Part shown: positions 12,854 to 24,074 of the stretch, in pieces
Layout: each line of letters begins with the position of its first letter
How positions within the stretch are numbered: position 1 is the stretch's first letter
DNA from: Paragordius varius
Taxonomy: Eukaryota; Animalia; Nematomorpha
Length of the DNA stretch: 64,000 bases
Reading direction: 5' to 3'
Assembly (NCBI GenBank): GCA_964247055.1
Contig: OZ176052.1
Coordinates: forward strand, 3,410,001 to 3,474,000
The notes under the pieces: generated by a model
Seen by the model: the letters and a program-made list of their open reading frames with translations, nothing else
Told to the model about the DNA's origin: nothing
The model's database searches: none
Position numbers and translations under genes: made by a program

Positions 12854-14701
12854 ATGAGCACAAAAAGAGGTTGTAAATTCAACGATAAATTAATGAAAGA
12901 TTTTCCTTTTATTTAAAAAACGAAGAATGAATCATCTGTTAAATGTCTTATATGCAAGGAGGAATTCACCCTAGCACATGGCGGCAAGCATGATATTACA
13001 AAGCATATGGAAACACAGAAACATAAAAAATGTTTAGATATGGCGACATCATCTTACAAAATGAGCGATTTTTTTCGAAAAACCGCTTTTGGAGAGGAAG
13101 AAAAGAATTTGGCACTAGCCGAAGGCGTTTTATCTTTTCACGCCGTTAATCATCATTCCTTTAGATATATGGACTGTACCTCACAGGTTATTCGCATGTT
13201 ATTCCATAAAAAATTTACACATGCCCGTACAAAGGCTGAAGCCATTGTGTGCAATGTCCTTTCGCCACATGCATTTTCTGAAATACAAAAAGATTTGCTA
13301 AAAATTAATTTCTTATCCCTATACTCTGATGCATCAAATCACCATGAAACAAAATTTCCCACTTTGATAAGATATTTTGATTCAGAAACCGGAGTAAAAA
13401 TTAAAATTTTAGATTTAATTTCCCTACCCGGTAAAAATTCCGAAATAATATTTACTTCAATAATGAATATTCTAGAAAAAAATAATACAAAAGACAAAAT
13501 TATCGCATATTGCGCTGACAACACCAATACGAACTTTGGTGGTAAAGCAAAGAGGGGAACAAAAAATATTTTTCATAAAACAGATAATCTTAATCAAAAC
13601 ATTATTGGCGTTGGGTGTGCAGCGCAATACACAACGCTATTCAAACAGCTGCTGATTTGTTACCCCTAGATGTGGAAAATGCAGTTGTTAAAATATATTC
13701 CTATTTTTATATATAGACGGTACGTGTTGAAACGCTTAAAGAATTCTGTGAAAATGCAGGAGTTCAATATCACAAAATGCTTGGATATTGTAAAACTCGT
13801 TGGTTAGCTTTTATGCCAGATATCGAGAGAATTTTAAAAATGTATGATCCTTTAAAATCTTTTTTTATCACAGGACAAATGTCCTACAACTTTAAAAAAG
13901 TTTATTGAAAGTAATTCTAAAAATATGGTTAAAATTCTTACATAATAAAGCTTCTTTCTTTCAAAATGTTATTAAATTTATAGAAGGTGATTTCGGCAAT
14001 CGAAGTAGCCAATGAAGTTAATAACCTAAAATTCCAATGTCAAGAACGTTGGAAAATAATTTTATACCATTAACCATCCGCAATATAATAAATAATTTAG
14101 AAAAACAAGGCTTAATAAATCGCCAAGATATTCTGTACCATATAAAAATGTTTTATACAAACTGTAAAGATTATTTGGAAGACTGGACGACGCGATTCAA
14201 TGAAATTGATCATTTTTATTGGATAATATTAAAATCAGAATTTAATTGGTGCGATGTTCAAAAATCATTTGATTATATCTGCTCCCAAAAATTCTCAAAA
14301 AGTAATCTTTCAGAAAATGATCTTTTTTCTGAAGTATCATTAGTTAAAAGATATATTAATAATGAAAAACTTAAATTATGGACAAAAGAAAAATATACAG
14401 TAGAAAAGAAATGGTTGGAAATATTTCAACATTTTGAAGCCATATATTACATACAATATATTTTAAAAATTGTGGAATTCGCACTATCTTTACCTGGAAC
14501 CAACGCTGCTACTGAGCGCGTTTTTTTTACAGTAAATCAGGTGTGGACATCGGAAAAATCAATTTAAATGTTGAAACATTAAAGGCCGTTTTATATGTCA
14601 AATATAATTTGACAAATTCTTGTGAAGACTTCAATATTTTAAAAAATGATGACAATCTGCTAAAACGCATTCACTCAAACAAAAAATATACCAAAGAATA
14701 A
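12854..14701 (+). pseudogene. Disrupted hAT transposase (BED finger, DDE core, C-terminal dimerisation region)
   Basis: KCLICKEEFTLAHGGKHDITKHMETQKH (BED-like), SLYSDASNH, YCADNTNTNFGG and FALSLPGTNAATERVF. In-frame TAA near 12912 plus frameshifts split it into the 13007 and 14037 ORFs. Confidence 0.9.
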
Positions 14702-14745
14702 AATATTTTCTTTAAAGTTTTTGTGTTAATAAATAAACAAAATTA

Positions 14746-15568
14746 CTTAAAATATTGTATAAGTCTTCATAATTTGTCAAATTATATTTGAACACATAAA
14801 ATGGCTTTTATACAACATTTAAATTTGATTCCGTGTCCTTACTTAATTTACTGTGGAAAAACGCGTTCAATAGCAGTGGTTCAGGTAAAGATAATGCAAA
14901 TTCTACAATTAAAATATTATTGTATGGAACATAATTTGTTTAAAAATGATATATTTAACCATTTCTATCCTACGTATTTTTTTCTGTTGTCCATAAGATA
15001 AGTTTTCATTCAATATATTTATTTAATAATGAGACTTCATAAAAAAGTGTCATTGTGCACCGTCTTGTCTTCCAAATAATCGTTTCTGTTTGTATAAAAC
15101 ATTTTTATATTCTGGCTATTCGTTGAGCCTTATTTTTTTGGATGCTTTATAAAATTGCGATTAGGTAATGGTATAAAATTATTTTCTAACCTTTTTTGAC
15201 TTGGAAATTTGACTTTTGTCCTGTGATAAAAAATAGGATTCTAGAAGATCACATTTTTATAAATATTTCAATCGTTGGCAAAAGAGCTAACCAACAGTTC
15301 TACAATATCCAAGCATTTTAACATCTATATATCCAGGGGTAACCAATCAGTAGCTGTTTGAATAGCGTTGTGTATCTGCCAATAATGTTTTGATTAAGAT
15401 TATTCGCTAAATTGTTAAAAATATTTTTTGTGCCGCTTCTTGCATCACCAAGCGCATTTTGTAATGATTTCGTCTTTATTATTTTTTCTAGAATATTAAA
15501 ATCACTTCACCCTTTGTTCGTGCACATGTAAATTTATTGAATAAGCTACAAACAACCTGTGAGGTACA
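14746..15568 (-). pseudogene. Inverted, multiply deleted copy of the same transposase region, inside the same element
   Basis: Colinear exact reverse-complement anchors: 13175-13189/15554-15568, 13584-13609/15378-15403, 13628-13650/15352-15374, 13774-13792/15301-15319, 14052-14072/15166-15186, 14141-14162/15088-15109, 14599-14618/14771-14790. Confidence 0.9.
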
Positions 15569-17061
15569 AATTTTTTTATATTTATAATGTATTTGTGTTA
15601 AAAATAAAATATTACAATAAATTTTTTGTATAAAATTTTTTAGTTGTACCCCCCAATGACCTCCCCCCCTTCTCAGATTTGTCCCGCTTTTTCCTTCAAA
15701 AAATCTGGTCACCTTAAGTATCACCGATAATTATTTTAATAATTTGAAATAAATAGAGTTAATGGAGATAAAAAATAATAATAAACATATTCAATAAAAA
15801 AATGTCTTTAATCATTTCTTTTACGGGTTTTTGCATAGGCTGAAATATTGTGTACTCGAAATTGACCATATTTAATCTGCCCTATTAATGTTTTCTACTA
15901 TCATTGGATTTATTTTAAATATTAGTTTAACGAAATCATGGTTAAAAGATCTAATTTAAAATTCTGTTCATACAGCTGGGATCAAAGGATATAAAAAGTA
16001 AATCATTTGTGGTCCCTTTTTGAAGGAAAGAATGATATTATACAACCCCAAAAATGTATACTACGCCTATTTTGTATGGCGTCTCAGTTATAAACCGGTA
16101 GACCCCTACCCATAGACCTATATGAAAAAAGCGCTAAGTTAAATTTTTTGCCTTAATTGGGAAAAATTTGGAATCATCTTTGAGACCATCGTCTTATGGG
16201 TAATTCGCAATATCGACACTAAATAATCGTTATATGATGGCGTTTTAGGGCATAAAGACCCCAAATTAACGGCTAATAAAAAACCCGACCTTAATTACCT
16301 AGTTACGGGTAATATTTCAAGCTTTTAATGAGCTCATATGGCTTCATAAATTTTCTGTATAGCTCCAAAACAATGCAATTTCTATATAGTGGCGCAGTTT
16401 TAGCGGCTATCTGTTTACCCAGCAGCCAATATTAAAAAAACGCAAGGCTAAAATTCTTGCCTATTAACAGAGAATAAATCGAATCCTCAGTGAAACCATC
16501 TCATACCCTGGGCAAAAAATTATTATTTTTTTGAAAAAAATGGCATTTTACGGGGGGAACGAGTAAAAAGAGAGCCTAAATTTTAAAAGTAAGCCGACTA
16601 GGTTCGGCGCAATCAAAAAAATTAAAAATAATCATATTTGAAATCGAATGGTCCAACATGTTTTCCGGAAAATTGTCTCATAGAAACGATTTTTTTGGAC
16701 TTCTGTTTTCAAAAAAACCCGTTTTTTACAATGGGGTGGGCCCGAACTGGGAGCCCAATTCAAAAAAGGGCGAAGCTATTGTCGGGACATTCAATTGATT
16801 ATATTTTTTGACATTTGGATTTGAATGGGTCCGGTTTTCCGGAAACAGATCACAAAGCTAGCATTTTCCATTTTTATAAATATAATACATTATAATGATC
16901 GGAATAGAAATGCTGGTATAAACAGTCTTTCCGAACCAGAAGATTTTATGATATATTTATCTACGATAATTGTTATTTTACTTTATAACAATAATTTTAC
17001 AAGTTAAAAAACATTTTCTGTTAAATTGTATTTTGATCACTCGCACCCATAATTTTGATAA

Positions 17062-17103
17062 GTGACCCCAAATGGGGTCGCGACCCATAGTTTAAGAAGC
17101 CCT
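17062..17103. mobile_element. hAT MITE terminal fragment
   Basis: gtgaccccaaatggggtcgcgacccatagtttaagaagccctg resembles the end of hAT (Charlie/Buster-type) MITEs. The other end was not found. Confidence 0.45.
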
Positions 17104-17465
17104 GGTCTGGGACAAAAAGCGAAAAGATAATAAGGTTTTAACTTTGAAACCATGACGTTTAAACAAATAATATTATATATTTGTGTTACGGTGATCGATC
17201 GATACTAAATATTAGTTAGCATAAATCAAAATCCAGAATTCACATAGAATTTTGAAAAGACTCTATATATTCATCTAAAAATTTTAATCTTTTGACTCTA
17301 TAAATTCATATTCAACATATGTTTACTGTGTTAATAATTTAATGAATGGCCTAGTTAGCTCTTCAACAAAAATACAAAAACTATAGTATATAAAATAATT
17401 TATAGCGTAAAATTTTATATACAAATAAATGAATATAATAATTTGTATAATATCCACTCCATTTT

Positions 17466-20400
17466 TCATCTGTTTTTAAGTCTCAGAAATAAAGGCAACG
17501 GAGATTTGGAAATATTATCGATATTACTGGGATATACGGGTGATAATTGAGTGATATTGGTTTCATCAAAATAATTAACATTTTCCGTAATGTTTAAGCA
17601 AGGTGTTTCTTTAATAAAACTTTCATCAAATAAAATTTCACTTTGATTAACAATGTTTGTCGTTACGTTATTTAGCATATCGTTGGTTTTGACAGAACAA
17701 TCTCCCAAATCTAAAACAAAGAAAAAGCCATATATCTATGTTTATAAAATTTGTATAAAAAAGTGTTTAAATTCAAAAAAGTATACTTGATAAATTAAGT
17801 TCTGTACTATCTAAAAACAAAGTAGAATAATTTGTATGATTAAGTAGTAATGTATCATCCATACAGGAGCATCCAATTTGATGATTCTGTTGGTTACAAA
17901 CATGCGAATTTTTGACGAATTCTTCCGTAATATACGGCGATTTTTTGTGTTTGGAAACAGTTGATGTATTAAAGATGTTTTTTATGGGAGTTGTAATTTT
18001 ATTTTTTTCAGCTATCCTCAATTTTGCCATAAAATCGGTAATTAGATAATTATTAACAATCGGCTCATTGATTGTTTCTTTGGTTGAAGCGTTCTTTTTA
18101 TTGAGATTCTTGCCAGTTTTATTGGTTGCTGCTTTAGCATCTAAAATTAATGAAGTAATAAAATGATTTGTGAAATTTTTAACACATTATTTAGACCACA
18201 GGGGTGGCCTTAAATAGCTTCGCGGGCCGCATTCACAAAATATATAGGTATTGATAAATATTTTATTACATTTCAAACATAAAACTGTAAAAACTACTGT
18301 TTTTAATTTCTAATTCATTGCCAAAATTGGGTACGATGTATTCAGAAAATTTGCATAAGACAAAAAATTTTACTTACATTTAGTAAAATTTTGTATGTAG
18401 AATTTCTCGCGGGCTGCCAAATATTTTGGAGGGCCGTGTGTTGGCCCCCCTGGTTTAAACCAAATAAATTTATTCTTTATTTATTAGGTTTATTGGTATG
18501 AAAAATTCTTTTATATAAATAGGTTTTTAAAAACACATTTAATATTAAATTTTATTCCACTCTAAAAACAAACTGATTTGAACAAAAATATAAACCAAAT
18601 ATGACCCCAAACCCTAAATATTATAATATCTCATACTTTTTGCCGTTAGATACATTGTAATCTGATCTGGATACATACTAGTTACAATGTAATCACGGAT
18701 AGGAAACTCAAAAAATTGATTTGTGCTTTTGGATTCTTTCAACATGGTTTTTAACCATTTCTTATTGCTGACAATTTTTGACTCATTATTCGCCGTTAAC
18801 ATTACTTTACTATTATATATTATTTTATAATTTTTGTCATCATGAATGAATCGAATGACAAAATATTTGTTTTGAAGTTTGTGTTGTGTTTTAACAATAG
18901 TCTCTGGCTTTAAACCATATAAATGCGCAAGAATATTTGCAAATAAATTTCCTTCATCCTCACCCTTTTCAGATGAAAAATGGTGTAAGGCACCCATGTG
19001 GTAAATTAGGTAAGGAAATAATTTTTCAAATGTATACTCAGGGTCCCAATCAAGATTCTGACGCATAAAATTCTAGCAAGTTCAAGGAATAAATCATTAT
19101 TTTTTTTGAATAAACTGGTTAAAACCAAAGTTATTAACAAGTGTTGCAAATTACATGTAATTTTAAGAAAACAAAACCTAAACCAATGACACATTATTAA
19201 CAAAATATCAATCGAATATTTATAAATTTAATGGTGATATTTTGGGCTATAAAATTAAAAAAATATTTATTTCAGTTCCAGAGAGAGTAAAATCTTATAC
19301 AGAATGTCTTAGTTAGATGTTTGTTTAACATAAAATCTATGAATAAAAAATCATTATTAGTTAGCAAAATCAAACAAATGAGTGGTCTAGTTAGTATCAA
19401 ATTTATTCTATTGTATTCACCATAAAATATAAAAAAACTTAACTTACCAGTACACCCTCAATATCCGGCACAGTATGTTTCAATTCATCTTTCGTCGGTA
19501 TATATTCCTTATTATCTAGGCATTTAAATTCCTTAACGACCTATAAAATAACGCCCAAAAAATAATAGCAATAAATATATTTTCACGGGCATAAATTTGT
19601 TCGGACAGATAATTACATATTTTATGAAAAAGACTAAAAAATATTTTTTAATTGTTTTAAGCCCATCAATACGAAACTCACTTAATTTGAAAGGTATTTG
19701 CGTTTATATCAATTTGATAATCCAAAATATATAAAACAATTATCAAAGGGATGTTTATAAAAGGTATCAGAATCTACTATCCAAAAAAACACTCTAACTC
19801 TATTTATAATAAACTCATTTTTAATAAAAAAAAACATGACCCCAATTATCAACAAAATCATTTTTTTAATAAACATAGAAGTTATTCTATTAAATTTTGA
19901 AAACAAGAAAATATAAATTTTATAAACCTCATCTATTGGGAATGAATTAGATGGTATGGTCAAAACTTTTTTACACAAATTCAATTCCATTTTGTGGTAG
20001 GCTAAAATTGTTTGAGCCAAATGCCAGGTACAATCACAATTTTCTGCAAAATTATATGGGCAAATATGAACATCCTTAATTATAAAATAAAAAAAAATTT
20101 CATCAGATTTTAAAAAACTTGATTTGGTGCCGGAATTACAATGTTTCCCACACAATTCCAATTCAACCAAAAATGTATAAAAAGGATCACGTCTCCATTC
20201 ATAAATTCTATATATATATATATATATATAAATACGAATCATCTTTTATAGATATAAAAATATAGAAGAACGAAAGACATGACATTTAAAAACCAATCTT
20301 TACACAATATATTACAGACATATAATATTCATTCATCTCAATAATTCAATTTCTAATTTCAGTTTCTTAAATGATAAAATCAATCGCAATTAACCAAAAA

Positions 20401-21552
20401 AGTACAAAAAATAATATACTTGTCAAGTAGGGAGAATCCTTTAATTTGAGAATTTTGGTTTTTCTTCAAATTAGAGAGGAAATTGAACACACTTTCTTTA
20501 CCGATACCAGGTATGCCTCGTGGAAAATAATCACATCCAAGTAATAAGGCACAAGCTATTAAATCATCCTGTGTAAGGCCCAGCGATGTTTTAATGTGTT
20601 GCGAATCGTAAAAATCAACTTTGTTTTTCTACTTATATTATCAAAATAAATATATAAAGGGTTGGGTTTCGTTGATCAAGCCAAAAATAACCATACTTAG
20701 TATGTGAAAAATAGATTGATCATTATAAAAAAAGCACACAAGTTGTGATTAATTAAAACTTGATTATTAATTAAATTGTTCAGGTACTAGCATGAAAGAT
20801 AATTATAATAATTTTATAAACTTTATTTTAAAGATAAATTTTATATAGATATATATCTTTGGATAAACATATGTTTAATTTTTCGCTGTTGTTTTCAAAA
20901 GCGGTTACAATTACAACGGATCAGATCAACTCTAATATAAACTTTTAAGTTTTTTTAACTTGGGTAATTACTTTAATATCAATATCTTTGAAAATATGCA
21001 ATCCTCCGTATACAAAAATATCACTATCTGAAGAAATGCAACCGTCCACAATCTATTATATAAAAAATTTAAAACTAATTTTTGATTCAGTAAGGCACAC
21101 AATTTTTCAGCTTCAGTTTTACTTTTATAATATGGTATTCCCATTAATGTGATTAATTCAATGCACTACTGATTATATTCCAATTTCTTACCTTGTTTGA
21201 AACTTTATTCAACCTATGCCGTGTTTTGGTAAAATTTTTGCCACCATCTAAGCGTTTATTAATTGTTTCCATTTTTAACTTCGGAGGTTTTCCATCAATT
21301 ATAAATACTAGAAAAATTTGGTTCTGATATAACTCTACTATTCGAAAAAATAAATTTCTATGCAAATAATTAAATATTTTAAAACCTCAGGTAAAAATTT
21401 GAGGATAATGGGTTTTGAAATTTTAAACTAATATTAACACTTTCACAAACCCAAATGCTAAGATCGACAGCCAAAAATTTGCATCTCAAATTCTCCAAGC
21501 TGAGAGATTGTTTGTATTTTAAAATTGCCTCCCATATATTTTGCACTCCCAT
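17466..21552 (-). CDS. GEN1: GEN1 Holliday-junction resolvase (XPG/Rad2 family), about 706 aa, 10 exons (21552-21386, 21357-21192, 21165-21076, 21052-20972, 20628-20420, 20207-19928, 19540-19448, 19072-18637, 18140-17787, 17710-17466)
   Basis: Spliced translation gives MGVQNIWE..LAVDLSIWVCE..LRNLFFR..FIIDGKPPKLK (XPG-N), TEAEKLCA..VDGCISSDSDIFVYG (XPG-I), LLLGCDYFPRGIPGIGK (H2TH), CDCTWH and LDWDPEYTFEKL. All intron phases are consistent. Confidence 0.93.
18199..18452. mobile_element. hAT MITE in GEN1 intron 8
   Basis: Ends caggggtggcc / ggcccccctg; degenerate flanks atttagac(ca) and gtttaaac resembling Buster/Charlie target sites. Confidence 0.65.
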
Positions 21553-21602
21553 TTTGTATACATGCGCATAAACCGCTGGTTGATGTGTGACTCGCTGTTC
21601 TG
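21553..21602. promoter_or_regulatory. 50-bp head-to-head gap between GEN1 and Dab start codons (putative bidirectional promoter)
   Basis: GEN1 ATG at 21552 (-) and Dab ATG at 21603 (+). In-frame TGA at 21588-21590 and no + strand AG in the gap. CG-enriched, contains the palindrome atgcgcat. Confidence 0.7.
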
Positions 21603-23256
21603 ATGGATAGGACTGAACGCAACAATTCCTTTAAATCTGTTACATCTTCACAAGATTCCCAAATTCTGTCAAATATAAACAATGGCCCATCAAATGTACG
21701 AAAATCTATTAAAAAAGATTTTGGTACGTTTGGAAAGCGTAAAAAAGCACCAAGTTTTATTGCAATCAATTTTATAGATGATTCGAATGATGCAAAGTTT
21801 ATGGCCTTAACTCATGGATTGGAATATAATTGCAAATTTATTGGTTGTATCATAGTTAATGAGCTTAGAGGTAAGGCTGTATGTCAGGAAGCATTACAAA
21901 ACCTTAAAGTAATCTAAAATATTATATTTTAGCTCAAAATTAAAAGTGATAATGCTCATAAACAAAAAATAATATTCAAAATATCACTTAACGGAATCAG
22001 TATTTTTGATGCAAAAAATAAGGTTTTTATTGCCTATTATTAATAGATTCTTTTGCACAAACATCCAGTCAATCGCATATCTTTTGTCAGCAAAGATACC
22101 AAAGATAATCGTTGTTTTGGATACATTGTTTCCTTAGAGGATAAATCAATTAAATACTTTGGATACAAATCTGAAAAACCCGTATTAATTATTTCAATCC
22201 CTTTTTATATCAAGCAATATCCCAATATTTAAACTTAATTTACAATTTTTATTTTAAAATTCATACTTATATGTTTAATTTTATCTTTTTGAAACATGTT
22301 TAAAAATTTAACCTCATTATTTAATGTTTATACTCTGAATCCATATTGATAAATAATCTATCTCCGAACATCGCCTAATATACCATTTGCAGTTCAAATT
22401 CACCCTTAAATTCGAATTCACCCTTGAACAATTTAAATTCACCCTAAAAATAAATTGTCTGTTTTCGGGCTGATATAACTCATTATTAATATGAAATATA
22501 ACTTTATGGCTTATTTTATTATTTTTTTAGTATTACTTAAAATACAAACGAAATTTCAATTAAAAATAGAAAATAAAGTTATATGAAATCCTAAAAAACC
22601 ATAATTTTTTTAGGGTGAATTTAAATTGTTCAGTGTGAATTTGAATTTTAAATGGTATATTAAAGATTAATTTCATATTAAATATAAAAACTCATTTATA
22701 AAAAAAGAATTTTCGATATATCCCCCTTGAGAATTACAATTTTCTTATGCCAGGCCGAAATAGTTGTAACCGCAATCCATGATCTTTTTATGATCATCAA
22801 AGAAATAAAAAGCCGCACGTCCGGTAATGGCGCTTCTGTGTTTAACACATCAAATAATTCAAATTCAATTAACAATAATACTAATAATAGCAATTTGTTG
22901 TTAAATTCAACATTTGATATTCTCAACTCATCATCACGCACTTCAAGTGTTTTGGGAGGTGAAATACAAAGTAATAAATACCCTTTTAGAATAATTTTCA
23001 TTACTGAGATATCATTTTAATTATCTGCATCTAAATCCAGTAAATATCTCTTTTTCCCCTATAATGACTGGCCTTTTTATTAATTAACTTATTTAATTAA
23101 GGCCTTAAACTATTTTTTATTCTCAATATGATGGCAAAAATTAAAAATAATCTTTCATATATATATATTTTTTTGAAATATCTGCTATGGTTTAAAAAAA
23201 TTTTATACATTTTTTATGAAATATTTTTCCCAAATTCGGTTATTATGGATGGAGCG

Positions 23257-23294
<38 letters not shown>

Positions 23295-24020
23295 ACATTT
23301 AACCCTTGTTTTTAACTCTAGAATAAATTGCATGGTTTTAAATCCCTATATTTTATTTATTAAACATGAAATTTCATTTCAAATTACCTATTATACGAAA
23401 AATATAAACCATGCCATAAAATATTTCACATTAATGATGAGTTAACACCAAACATTTAAGGTATTTTAGGATGAATTTGGAGTCTTTTTAAGGGTGAATT
23501 TCAGGTCTAAATTGGTATATAATATATAATTGTTGTGGTTATTAAAAATAATTTTTTACTTAATCTAATAATATTTTTCTGCATAGGCTTTTATAATCAT
23601 TATATATAATTATATGTATTTAGCTCCCGTGTCTACCAAATCAGGGATAGTAGCAACCCAATTAAATACTCTCATACAGAATACTGATTTACTTTCCATA
23701 TCTGATCCGGTTTTCTTTTACTATATATTTAAATTTATTTTATACATGGGTTTTTATGACAAGATGTGCTGAAAATTTAAATTCTATTTTATTTTTGTTT
23801 AATTGATTAGTTTTCGCCAATTAGTAGTACCACTGCTCCATCCGCACAAATAGATCCGTTTGTGCTGAATCCGTCTTTTCTTAATATCGAACCTACAAAA
23901 AATGGTATGTGTTCTTAGAAATTTTTTGAGGAAAATTTTTAATTATACTTTAAAACATGGGTGTCTAGTATGCGGCATTCCGCGAAATTCGGTGTGCTGC
24001 CCACGGAAAATTTTAACAAT

Positions 24021-24074
<54 letters not shown>

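Larger units (their letters stand above)
12323..15716 (+). mobile_element. hAT DNA transposon, Blackjack-like, 3394 bp
   Basis: TIRs TAAAGTGACCAGA / TCTGGTCACCTTA (12/13 match). Perfect 8-bp TSD AGTATCAC at 12315-12322 and 15717-15724. Subterminal GTCCCGCT repeats at both ends. Transposase inside. Confidence 0.93.

Noticed and set aside
21458-21769. 103-aa ORF spanning the GEN1/Dab junction
   Set aside because: Antisense to Dab exon 1 and out of frame with GEN1; no motif.
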